Notes under the pieces: generated by a model
The model's input: only the letters and a program-made list of their open reading frames with translations
The model's database searches: none
Told to the model about the DNA's origin: nothing
Assembly: GCF_006345805.1 (NCBI RefSeq)
Contig: NC_043008.1
Location: forward strand, 19,902,001 to 19,966,000
DNA from: Octopus sinensis
Taxonomy: Eukaryota
Reading direction: 5' to 3'
Length of the DNA stretch: 64,000 nucleotides
Made by a program: the position numbers and the translations under genes
Shown: piece by piece, positions 1-11,668 of the stretch
Layout: each line of letters starts with the position of its first letter
Position numbering within the stretch: position 1 is the first letter of the stretch

Positions 1-99
1 AGAAACAAAGTAGAAAGGAAAAAAGTATAAAGGAACACCGCAAATCTTAAATCAATATTTGAAATTAAATTAGTGAAACATGTTGCAGTTATGAATTAC

Positions 100-238
100 A
101 TCTTATACATGATATGCTGGGGATTACAGGGATTAAAGAGCTTAAGCAGATAAGACGATGAAGCATTACAAGCGTACCGAATGCACCGCGCCGGTGCTGG
201 TTTTGATAGAGTATATGGCATGGGGAGGAGAGGATCTA
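100..238. CDS. Candidate coding exon, strand uncertain
   Basis: GC-richer island. Minus strand: long pyrimidine acceptor (ttatctcctttgttatttgttag), open frame DPLLPMPYTLSKPAPARCIRYACNASSSYLLKLFNPCNPQHIMYK, donor GTAATT. Plus strand also gives protein-like YELHLIHDMLGITGIKELKQIRR* and, frameshifted, DEALQAYRMHRAGAGFDRVYGMGRRGSTNK*. No family recognised. Confidence 0.3.
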
Positions 239-527
239 CTAACAAATAACAAAGGAGATAATAGATAATAGAAATAAAAGAGAATCTGATGGGTGTATTA
301 AACAAACACACAAAGGAAAACAGTTATTCTCTAAAAAAAAAAAAATTCTCTAAAAAAAACTGAAATACAAAATTGCAATTTAACTATATTGAAAAAAAAC
401 CATTTAGAATGGTAAACAAATTGAGAATGAAACCCAAAATATAATTTTAAATTATACTTGATTAAAGTTAGAGAGAACAAACAGTCTAGTGGCAGAAATA
501 TATCATATATTAGGTGAATGCACCAAT

Positions 528-945
528 ATAGGCGCAAGCGTGGCTGTGTGGTAAGTAGTTTAATTCCCAATTACATATTTCCTGGTTCAGTCCCAGTGCG
601 TGGCGACTTTGGCAATTATCTTCTTCTATTGCTTTGGGTCGACCAAAACCTTGTGAGTGGTAGACAGAAACCGAAAAAAGCTCGTTGTATATATACACAC
701 ATGCATATATGTTTGTGAGTGTGTGTATATATGTGTGTGTATGGTTATCCCCCACACCTGTTTGACAACCAGTATTCCTGTATTTACCATACCGTAACCT
801 AGAGGTTCGTCAAAAGAGACCGATAACATGAATGCCAGGATTGAAGAAAATACTACGTACTGGATTCATTTGACTAAAGATTCTTCAAGACTGTGTCCCA
901 GTGTGTTCGCAGTCTGGTGACGGAAACAAATAAGAGACAAAAGAC
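528..945 (+). mobile_element. SINE-B, old diverged copy
   Basis: Diverged match to the other SINE-B copies: head gtggctgtgtggtaagtag...ggttcagtcccagtgcgtgg, internal TA/TG tract, tail ...cagtc..gacggaaacaaataagaga. Confidence 0.8.
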
Positions 946-2254
946 ACGAAGCTACGAATAACTGCAAACATAAAATAGTGATAAGTGCTAACATCAAGCG
1001 TAGACGATGCAATGAATAGCATCAGACAAATGACCACATCATTTGCAGTAGCCCAGCCTTGAGTAATCGGTAATAAACGAGTTGGCATTTGTAATCCCTT
1101 GTCATTATGACAACCCCTTGAAACGGAAACCGGTGAAAGTATATTACAAACGTGTATCGAACGCAATACACGACAACAATCTTGCTACAATTACATGGGG
1201 CATGTTTACTCGGACCAGCATGCAATTCGAAGCAAATTGTATAGATAAAAAACATTAAAGAGTGTAAAAGAAACATGTCTTCTATACTTTCAAATCAAAA
1301 GAAGACCCGGGTAGTGCTGAATAAACAATGGCAATCACGAAGGCATTGAAATTCCGCAAGACCAAAGTGAAACAGTGATAGTACCAGAATGAAAAGCACG
1401 ATCACAAACAACAGGAATAAAGCATGACTCAATTTTACATAGAGTGAAGTCATAACCTTGATAAATACGAAGTAGATCTTACGAGGGATACATTTAATTT
1501 GATAACACTGCGAATTTTCTTCAAAGCAGCATGCTTTATGAGATAAAATACGCAATAAAATAGACAATTCCCACTATACATCTTCTAAAGAATATTTACT
1601 TAACTATATCATAAATATTATACAACATATTACTTAAACAATAACTAAACACTAAAATAATGCCGCTCGCTATGTGCCAACAGCAACCAATAATCTAATA
1701 ACGTAAAATAGGCCGTTATGTAATCCGTCTTTGCTATATGACGTCTACATACACATAAAGCCAATGAGAGATCCAGGACTTGTAGCTTTATTGATATGAC
1801 TTGTGCAAATGATAATTAAATAACAGTGCAGGAGATAGAGATCACTTTCTTAGTGAAAATATAAAAAGAAAGGAAATATAATCTGGAAATTGAAAAGTGA
1901 GGACATAGACTATAGTCACAAGAAGAGCCCAATAATTACGGCAAAGTTATGTGTTTGGAATCACCGTATAGGGGGGAAAAGAGCGATGGATTGGATAAGA
2001 AAATGTCTATAAGCATATTCAACAGTTTGCACTTCAAAACATATCTTGTGTAAGGCACTTTATATAAAGTCGGCAATTGCAATGTGTACAATATAATCAA
2101 AACCACCCTACTATTGACAACTAGAAAGGTTCCTGCAATCATTGTGTCTGGAAGAGTAACATATATAATAACTTTAAAAACGACAAGATGTGTCACATCT
2201 TTTGTCAAGGACATGATGGTGATAACGAACATGATGTTGCTGCTGCTAATTGCA

Positions 2255-2326
2255 TTAATAATAATAAAAATAAAAATAAAAATAAAAATAATAATAATAA
2301 TAACAACAACAACAACAACAACAATG

Positions 2327-2380
<54 letters not shown>

Positions 2381-2412
2381 TAATAATAATAATAATGATA
2401 ATAATAATGATG

Positions 2413-2448
<36 letters not shown>

Positions 2449-2460
2449 GTAATAATAATA
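2255..2460 (+). repeat. Compound (AAT)n/(AAC)n microsatellite
   Basis: Direct reading. Confidence 0.97.
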
Positions 2461-2461
2461 A

Positions 2462-2665
2462 TTCAGACAAATACATAACAAAAACACCAGGACTTACAAA
2501 CACATATAACATACAGAAAATTGCACTACTAGGCACACATCCTACGCAGAACACTTTCCATACAATAACCATCAGAGCATCACAACAAATCTCAGCACAT
2601 ACCCAAGGCACACAGAGCTGCGCTCGGTAGTGAAGTGAAAGCTCGCCATAAAAATAAAACTACTG
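2462..2665 (+). mobile_element. 3' end of an R4/Dong-like (RLE-type) non-LTR retrotransposon embedded in (TAA)n
   Basis: Translation DKYITKTPGLTNTYNIQKIALLGT/(frameshift)HILRRTLSIQ* matches the IQKxxLLGTAxILR C-terminus typical of RLE-clade LINEs. Followed by a short 3' UTR and a (TAC)n(TAA)n tail; TAA repeats on both sides. Confidence 0.75.
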
Positions 2666-2724
2666 AATACTACTACTACTACTACTAATAATAATAATAA
2701 TATAATAATAATAATAATAATAAA

Positions 2725-3280
2725 ATGCCATGATGCAGTACCAGGCAGTGGCTCTCATGGCTTCTGATCTTAACTGATTGGAAGTGTTATCATGTACATT
2801 GTTTTGTCTTGGTATAAAAGATGGGCTACAGCAAATATTCTGCTTAATACCACAGATTTGCTTGTCAGTTGTTTGACCGTAACCCGTTGAGCATGTCCCT
2901 TAGTGGCTGACGATATGTGCATCTCTGATCACGAGCAGAAGTAGTGGGGGAGCATCATAGCCATGTGTTGAGAGAGATTCTTTGGGGTTTGAATGATTCA
3001 CCTCTGGAAACATGGGTGGTTCTTTCAACATCCTTAAACAACCCTTATTCAGGGACCTTTTCAGCGGCATGGGCTACTCAACCTGAAGAAAATTCTAACT
3101 GGGCCCCACCTGCAAGGTCATGTGCTGTTTATCTTGATATGAGATCACCATGTCGCGCACATATGGTTGTGATGCATGTGCCTGGTGTACCCTTATCAGA
3201 CAGGTAGGCATGATGGGTATATTGGGCTTCGTATATTTTACCCCAGTGTCACTTTGATGGCATGAACTGCTCTCTCACTC
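2725..3280. mobile_element. Unclassified ~560 bp interspersed element between (TAA)n tracts
   Basis: Balanced-composition, non-coding-looking block bounded sharply by TAA repeats at both ends. Resembles a repeat I recall from Octopus genomes (unverified). Confidence 0.55.
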
Positions 3281-3353
<73 letters not shown>

Positions 3354-3434
3354 TTGCTGATATTAATGATGATGATAGTGATGATGACGATTACGATGAT
3401 GATGGTGATGGTGATGATGATAATGATGATGATA

Positions 3435-3484
<50 letters not shown>

Positions 3485-3525
3485 AATGATGATGATGATA
3501 ATGAACGACATCATTACGACGAATA
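3281..3525 (+). repeat. (AAT)n then (GAT)n microsatellite
   Basis: Direct reading. Confidence 0.97.
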
Positions 3526-3981
3526 TCATAACAACGACACACAATTCCACTAACGAGAGGCGGGTATGTAACTTAAATTATTTCGATAATGTATAGAGTC
3601 CAATATAAACTTTCTGGGAGAGAACCATTGAGCTGTTTTCGTTCGCTCTGTAAATAAACTGTTGCTAACAGACATGATTAATAATGTCTTATATTAACTA
3701 TACAATGTATATTTAAAGCAAAGACAAATGATTATAGAACAGAATCTGACAGGACAATCAATGAATGCAAACAAAATATAATATTATTGTACCTAAACTA
3801 AACGGTACTATGCGAAACACTTGGTAACAAATTGCTCATATATTCATATACAAACAACTTATCAATGACAAGAAGAGCTTTCTAATAGACTAAATACCGT
3901 ATTTTGATACTGATTACATATGCATACACACATAAATGCAAACTTATAAGCAGGTAGGTATGAGTAAAGAAAAGAAAAATT

Positions 3982-3984
<3 letters not shown>

Positions 3985-4079
<95 letters not shown>

Positions 4080-4122
4080 CTTATATATATATATATATAT
4101 ACATATATACATATATATATAT

Positions 4123-4172
<50 letters not shown>

Positions 4173-4308
4173 TGTATATATATATGTGTATATATTTATA
4201 TGTATGTATATATATATATATAGTATATATATATATATATTATATATATATATACATACATACATACATATATTTATAATATTTGCAAGTATTTAATATT
4301 TAAGTATC

Positions 4309-4353
<45 letters not shown>

Positions 4354-4366
4354 GTACATACATACA

Positions 4367-4395
<29 letters not shown>
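3985..4395. repeat. (TA)n/(TACA)n microsatellite block
   Basis: Direct reading. Confidence 0.95.
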
Positions 4396-4397
<2 letters not shown>

Positions 4398-4655
4398 GAG
4401 TGTGTGTATGTGCTTGTGTTTGTTTGATATCGTTGTGTGTGTGTGCGTTTGTGTGTGTACGTGCGTGTGTGTCGGTGTGTCTGTGTGTCTGCGTGTGTTT
4501 ATGTGAGTCTGACAAAAATAATGGCATACGGAAGCCCACAACTATCCAACCGGCGTCAACTCTGTCAGAACCGGAGACTGACCTTTCTGAAATCAAATGA
4601 AAAAAGAAAGTTGAAGAAAAGGACTAACAAGTGTAAGACATAACGACATTAATCC
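4395..4655 (+). mobile_element. Non-autonomous Helitron/HINE-like repeat, copy 1
   Basis: Cryptic TG tract followed by ggcatacggaagcccacaactatccaaccggcgtc...gaaagttgaagaaa. A second inverted copy lies at 6030-6330; the actatccaaccg motif is shared with 32838-33465. Family assignment is inference. Confidence 0.55.
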
Positions 4656-4803
4656 TCTCCTTGTCCTCATCTATTTTCCGCGAGGCATCTATCAACGCAC
4701 TCACCTTGGATGGACCGCTTAATCAAGGACTTGAATTTATTTGAAAGAAACAATCAAAGGAAATGACTGCGCCGACCCCAAACACACACACACACACACA
4801 CAT

Positions 4804-4834
<31 letters not shown>

Positions 4835-4901
4835 TACACGCACTAATACATGTGTGTGCGGTTTTAACTAAACTAGAGTTGTTGAAAATGTTTTCTTATA
4901 C

Positions 4902-5067
4902 AGGCGTAGGAGTGGCTGTGTGGTGAGTAGCTTGCTTACAAACCACATGGGTCCGCGTTCAGTCCCACTGCGTGGCACCTTGGGCACGTGTCTTCTACTA
5001 TAGCCTCGTGCCGACTAAAGCCTTGTGAGTGGATTTGGTAGACGGAAACTGAAAGAAGCCCTTCGTA

Positions 5068-5099
<32 letters not shown>

Positions 5100-5100
5100 G

Positions 5101-5134
<34 letters not shown>

Positions 5135-5165
5135 GTATGTATATATATATATGTATATATAAATG

Positions 5166-5196
<31 letters not shown>

Positions 5197-5424
5197 GTGC
5201 GTGTATGTATATATATTTGTGTGTCTGTGTTTGTTCCCCCACATCGCTTGACAACCGATGCTGGTGTGTTTACGTCCCCGTAACTTAGTAGTTCGGGATA
5301 AGAGACCGATAGAATAAATATTGGCTTATAAACAATAAGTCCTGGGGACGATTTGCTCGACTAAAGGCGGTGCTCCAGCATGACCACAGTCAAATGACTG
5401 AAACAACTAAAAGAGTAAAAGAGT
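4902..5424 (+). mobile_element. SINE-B full length (tRNA head + CORE-like accttgggcaagt block + internal TA/TG microsatellite + stem-loop tail)
   Basis: A/B-box-like head (ggctgtgtggtgag...gttcagtccc), conserved body, tail cagtcaaatgactgaaac..(taaaagag)n. Confidence 0.93.
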
Positions 5425-6029
5425 AACGGATTCTATTGTTAATGAAATATCTCGAGATAACGCAACAAAATATCTTATGAGGTAGCTTTGTTCAGGCTTT
5501 CCTTTTGTACTATATATTCTTTATAACGATAGAGGCCAGTGAAAATAAAGTTAGCCAATAATACACGAATTCTGTTCCCTTCCGTGTTATAAGAGCGCAC
5601 AATTATTGTAATTACTAGTTATATCTCATTCAGATTAGATTTAAACGTATAAAAACTATACCTTTACATTCAAATACATACGCATAAAACAAACAAAAAA
5701 ATCACATATTCTCAGCCTTATTCCAATCCTGTCCCCCCACCCAGGATTTTCGAACACTTTTCTGTTGGATCTCTTACAACTCAATCCAAGTTGTCTTCTA
5801 TTTTTGTGTATGTTATTAACCTTTTGTTTTTTAGAGGAATCTGAGGAGGCTATTTTCTAGTCAATTCTTCCAATCCCACCGTTGTATACAATGGTTCTCG
5901 CCACTACCATTGTTGAGAACGATAACTTGGGTGATGTTTACTATGATGGCAGAAATATCAACTCCGAATAGCTTCTCACGTCGATGTCGAGCAGAAATAT
6001 ATTTTTCATGCACAAAAATTTGATGAAAC

Positions 6030-6251
6030 GATCTTTAATGTCGTTATATCTTACAATTTTTTTGTCCTTTTTATTATATTGTTTCTTCAACTTTCTTTTT
6101 TCAATTGACATCAAAAAGGTCAGTTCCGGTTCTGATAGAATGACGCCGGTTGGATAGTTGTAGGCTTCTGTATGCCAGATATTTGTCAGACTCGGATAAA
6201 CACAGGCAGACACACAGACACACCGACACACACCACACACACACACACACA

Positions 6252-6289
<38 letters not shown>

Positions 6290-6330
6290 CACACACAATG
6301 ATGTCACACAAATACAAGCCCAAGCACAAA
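6030..6330 (-). mobile_element. Helitron/HINE-like repeat, copy 2 (inverted relative to 4395-4655)
   Basis: Reverse complement aligns by eye with 4395-4655. Confidence 0.6.
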
Positions 6331-6454
6331 CATATATGTCAAACAAAACTATCAACTATCAACATGCCAACTTTGAAATAATTGCACTAATACATTATAC
6401 GTACCTAATACATATATTCGGAGAACATTTCTTCTAGCGTCTATTGATATCCTA

Positions 6455-6600
6455 GCATCGAAGGTAGTGAGCTGGTAAAACGGTTTGCGAGTTGAACAAA
6501 ATTCTTTGCGGCATTTCTACCTGATCTTTACGTTCTAAGTTCAACTTCTGCCATGGTCAAATTTCCCTTTCATCCTTTCATTAGCGATAAAATAAGTAGC
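6455..6600 (+). mobile_element. SINE-A, degenerate
   Basis: gagctggtaaaacg...gttctaagttcaacttctgcc..ggtcaaattt.cctttcatcc. Confidence 0.7.
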
Positions 6601-6872
6601 TGTAAAACACAAGGGTAATGAATTATCTCCTCTCATACAATTGCTGGTTTCACCAAAAACTGAAACCATCTCCATCCTAGCACCGGAATCGCTGATGGTT
6701 TTCGTTTACTCAAAATACAGTTTTGGGAAACCAATGAGTGAAAGCAGTGATACATATTTTCTGTTTTTCCTCTTGCATCACTTCTGATGATGAAAATAAC
6801 TGCAACGAAAAAGCACTTACGGACATATAATTTCTATCAATGTTCATTTATATCATTGCTATCACACTGGTT

Positions 6873-7345
6873 AGGGCAGTGGCCCAGTGGTTAGGACATC
6901 GTGGTTAGTTCAAATTCCGCCGAGGTCGACTTTGCCTTTCATCCTTTCGGGGTCGATAAATTAAGTACCAGTTGCGTACTGGGGTCGATGTAATCGACTT
7001 AATCCGTTTGTCTGTCCTTGTTTGTCCCCTCTGTGTTTAGCCCCTTGTGGGTAATAAAGAAATAGGTTAGGACATCGGCCTCGCGGTCGGAGGATCGCGT
7101 TTTCGATTCCCAGACCGGGCGTTGTGTGTGTTTATTGAGCGAAAACACCTAAAGCTCCACGAGGATCCGGTGGCGACCCCTGTTGTATTCTTTCGCCCCA
7201 ACTTACTGTCACTCTTTCTTCCTGTTTCTTGAGTAACGCTGTGATGGACTGGCGTACCGTCCACCTGGGGGAACGCATTCGCCACAGAAACCGGGAAACC
7301 GGACCCATGAGCCTAGTTAGGCTTGAAAAGGGCACATAAATAAAT
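6873..7345 (+). mobile_element. SINE-C interrupted by a 5'-truncated SINE-A (6907-7064)
   Basis: Head gtggcccagtggttagg...; 13-bp duplication GGTTAGGACATCG at 6889-6901 and 7065-7077 flanks the SINE-A body; SINE-C core gggcgttgtg.gtgtttattgagcgaaaacacctaaagctccacgagg follows. Confidence 0.9.
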
Positions 7346-7911
7346 AAAATCACATTCTATCCATATGCAAGGCTGCACATTCTGACAAACGATTCTTCAT
7401 AGCAGTTCCTGTCAGTAGCTGCAACAGCAGCAACGTTGGGGGAACTGTCTAAAAGTCCGCAATATGAAATATAAAATCTGACAGTTTTACTCGACAGAGA
7501 GACTTTTGAACCTGCGGACCTAATCTAACATTAATACCAAAAGATAATATTTATCACAAATTAAAAGTAGATATTGTATCAGAGCACCAAATACTACGCC
7601 ATTTACAATGAGGGATTCTAGCATATGCATTTGTGGTGCATATAAACGCTCATATATTTATCGCTTGGGGGAGATGTTCGTATGTACCACCATCGGAACT
7701 GTCAGATCACGTTCGATTATCTTCCGCAAACGATATTAACGCAAGTGATTATATGTACGACTCCATACAAGAATTTCTGTCTTGTTTAATACTGCATATT
7801 CTGAGTTCTAAGATAACATTCAATTTTAAGTTTCGATAAATATTATCTTTTGGTGTTAATACTGCTTTTGTCACTATTAATTCATTTCTAACATATCCGC
7901 TGGCTACTTAC

Positions 7912-8105
7912 TACAACATCCGAATAGACATTGTGATTTTTTGTAGAATGAGGACGGGAGTAATGCTACTGTCTCTAGCCACGGATGTCTGCCACTGACA
8001 AGGTCAAGCAAGGCCAAGAAAAGCCAAGAAAGGCCAAAATCATATGATCTGGCAGTACCGCTGGCAGTAACGAACGATTATCTCCATATGAGAGGTTATC
8101 TCTTA
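7912..8105. CDS. Candidate coding exon, strand uncertain
   Basis: GC-richer island. Plus: acceptor ttttttgtag|7947, frame NEDGSNATVSSHGCLPLTRSSKAKKSQERPKSYDLAVPLAVTNDYLHMRGYLL, weak donor. Minus: 8048->7912, SYDFGLSWLFLALLDLVSGRHPWLETVALLPSSFYKKSQCLFGCC, strong GTAAGT donor, phase-compatible with a minus acceptor near 7450 (SSPNVAAVAATDRNCYEESFVRMCSLAYG*). Confidence 0.4.
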
Positions 8106-8877
8106 GTAAATAACGAAATATTCTCTATTCTCACTCAACATTCATTTATAAGTTGGGGGTAAATATTAACTTTTGATAATAATATTACTTCTGTGACTAT
8201 TTATCATTAATGAAACTGTCTGAAGGCATGTAGCACGAAACTATGCATAACAAGAATGAGAATCATCACGTGATACAAACACCTCTGTGTGCGCGTGTAT
8301 ACATATATTTACATTGATATATACATTAACACCTGTGCACTTACAAGCGCTTATATACATGTATAATGCAAAAATGTGACCTCGAATATATTTTATCTCG
8401 TAATTCCTATCTTATATCTTATATGTGCAAGTAATTTTTAGACTATTTAGGGAATTTTTCATTTTAAAATTGACTTTTATTCCTATATTTATCGACCTCT
8501 CATTCATGTTGCACCTCTCATGTTTATCAAGCATAAATCCTTACATCTAATTTTAATTTATGCATAATTTTATATGTATTTTGTTAATATATTTCTATAT
8601 ATCTTCTGTGTATGTTCTATGTATCTTCTATATATCTTCTCTGTATCTATTTGTATGTTTGGTTTTATATGATTTACACTCTTGGAGAATCGTTATACCT
8701 GCACATATATGATGTATGCTGATTGGTATAAGTATATATGATTCATCCACTGTGGCTGAATGATCTCCTTTATGCGTTCGGGAATCTGTTTGACTGCCTA
8801 AACTTTTCCTTTTCAATTATGTTTACTCTCTCCCGCTCTCTCACTTTCTTTCTCTCTCTCCTTCTCTCAATTCTCCC

Positions 8878-8912
<35 letters not shown>

Positions 8913-8949
8913 CCGAAGGGGGTCTTTACAACTTTACCCTTATACATAT

Positions 8950-9009
<60 letters not shown>

Positions 9010-9020
9010 GTGTGTGTGTA

Positions 9021-9235
9021 TAAGGGTAAAGTTGTAAAGACCTCCTTCGGTCATGAATGACTATGGGACTACACCTCGAAAGATCCCCTACAAGGCACCA
9101 ATCTGGACAGGGTTTTTTTGGGAAGACTAACAGTTGCCGATACTGATTCCTCTCCTATCCAACGGAAAGTTAAAGGCCGATAATGCAGCTTGACAGGAAT
9201 GATGTCCCAACTCATTTCTACACCAGAGTGAAGTG
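9021..9235 (-). mobile_element. SINE-D 3' part, degenerate
   Basis: Similar to 29889-30226 (aaagac.cccttcggtcatgaatgac.atggga...caactcatttctac). Confidence 0.75.
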
Positions 9236-10419
9236 TGCGTGGCTCAGCGGTTCAAACGTCGAGCTCACAATCAGGAGTTAGTGAGTTCAATTCAGCTTCA
9301 ACACTGAACAGTTAAAGACCTTACAAAAGGTAGAAGTTTTCTCCAACCAAAAACTACTACTCACATATCTGTCCAGTGTTGAAGCTGAATGGAATTTATG
9401 AATATCTTTATGCATCGCTACGCACGTTTCCACAAATCTCATGTTTCCTACGATGATAATCCATATTTGCGGGATAATTATAGAACAATCCGTAGTATTC
9501 ATGGATCATAGGTCATGTGTTCATTGTACCACCGATTGTAATTGAAAGAAAATTTTAAGAACATATCGTTGACAAAAAAATATTAACTGAAATTCAAAAA
9601 TAGAAGAACTTTATGTCCTGATCTTATTACATGTGCATTCAATGAGGAGGCGCCTGCTGTGACATCACACACACACTCACACACATATACACAAACATGC
9701 ACAAACACACACACACAAACATACACACACATACACAAAACACACGCACACTCAAACACATACACATACACACACATATATTTCCAAGGAAGCAGTGGGA
9801 GCAATAATCCCGTTGAGAGTGGGATAAATAATGCTGCAGTGAAAATATTATATATTTATTGTATACGTGGAACATATTTTAAGCTGAATCATATCTTCTT
9901 CCTGAGTAATACGCAACGTGCTTAAAGTGTTATTTCCTAATGAATTAGTACAAATAAATCATACTACTACAATAATCACTGTTATCATTTCTATTTAAGA
10001 TATCCTTGAGAATGAAAGCAGATAGAAAAATAACAGTTATGATAAAATAATAATTGTTTTGTAATTCTGAGTAATCTTTTAAAATCGGACAATACTTCAA
10101 CAACCCATTTTAGATTTAGAGTATTTATATAAACCAGCTATTAAAACAAATAAATTATTTTTTAAACAACGGTTTTAATGTAAATTTTAATGTTAAATAA
10201 ATATTTGTCTGAATCAGCTCACGAGGATTTTATCTAAATTGATGTAAAGATATAAAAAATTACGAAAATTTTACCGAAATTACTAGAAAATTTCGCCTAT
10301 TTTATTATTGTTATTTGGTGACATTGAGCGTTCAGTTTGCATAGGTTGGTAGTGGAAATCCTCTATATTTACTATCCCTCCTCTTCTTTTAATTTGCTGG
10401 CAAATAATATGTTCCATGT

Positions 10420-11150
10420 AGAAGGAAACTGCCCCCATTAAGTTGTTCACGAAGAAAGCTGTAGGTTTACGGATATCCAGAGAAAGCTACAGGCTGTGTA
10501 CCGGGAGGGCAGCACAGACGTGAACAATACGTACTGGTAGGTGAGAATGTTTACAGAAAGGGAAACCGGTATCAAAATCGAACAACAAGATCAGGGGCCA
10601 TCACTTCTGACCACTAACACATAATACCAGAGTATCGCCTAATTGACTCGCGCTAACAAACGGGCCACAATCTGTGACCTGACTGTGTAACTAGACTGTA
10701 GTCACGATACATTAAGTATGGAAGATTGGGTAACAGAAACTGTGCAAAATGGGTATCTTAGTGGTTGATACTCTGTTTGAAGGAATGTAATGTGAAGTCT
10801 GTTCTAATTTTCTGGCGATGTTTTAGAGGCCACCAGTTTGATCGCCACAAGACGGGATGAAAATAGCTGTGAACACGGGTGTAGAACAGTGCCCACATGA
10901 AATAGATCTTTGCAAAGTCTATTGGAAAGTTCGCTTCAGAAATGGTGTAAAGGCATTATTTATGATGGAGATAATGGTGGAAGAGCTATCAGTGAACATG
11001 AGCAATTTCTACAAACAATAGGCAGTTCAAATTTTGTTGTTGTTCTAATGAATGCTTTTATGGTTGAGCAACGGGACAATGTGACCTAGTGTGAATCTAC
11101 GCGAATTATTATCAAAAGGTCTTTTACATTTTGACCCACCTTATAAGTAC
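10420..11150 (+). pseudogene. Decayed mariner-family transposase
   Basis: Frameshifted fragments TDIQRKLQAVYREG..VRMF, ANKRATI, LGNRNCAKWVS (WVPxxL region), QRDN (HDNA region) and HFDPPY (HPPYSPDL region) occur in canonical order, with many stops. Confidence 0.8.
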
Positions 11151-11199
11151 AAGCACTTTGGTAATATAAGGTGTAACATAACAGAAACATCTACAACAA

Positions 11200-11224
11200 T
11201 GATAATTATGACGATGAAGATGAA

Positions 11225-11261
<37 letters not shown>

Positions 11262-11347
11262 GTGATGATTATGATAATGATGATGATGGTGATGATGATG
11301 ATGATGATGATGGTGATGATGATGGCGATGACGACGACAACGACGAC

Positions 11348-11382
<35 letters not shown>

Positions 11383-11463
11383 CGACGATGATGATGATGA
11401 TGATGATGATGACGACGACGATGAAGATGATGATGATGATGATGATGATGGTGATGATGATGG

Positions 11464-11495
<32 letters not shown>

Positions 11496-11635
11496 GTGTT
11501 GGTGATGATGATGACGATGATGATGACGATGATGATGATGATGATGATGATGATGACGATGAAGATGATGAAGATGATGATGATGATGATGATGACGATG
11601 ACGACGACGACGATGATGATGATGATGATGATGAC

Positions 11636-11668
<33 letters not shown>
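11200..11668 (+). repeat. ~470 bp imperfect (GAT)n/(GAC)n/(GGT) microsatellite
   Basis: Direct reading; source of the 198-aa poly-M ORF artefact. Confidence 0.97.

Noticed and set aside
6783-6815. CTGATGA...GAAA
   Set aside because: No helices.
7960-8075. Protein-kinase-like words on the minus strand (VTASG..DFGLS, LVSGRHPW)
   Set aside because: Subdomain VII- and IX-like words are only ~10 aa apart, with no HRD, APE or DxWS; probably coincidence.
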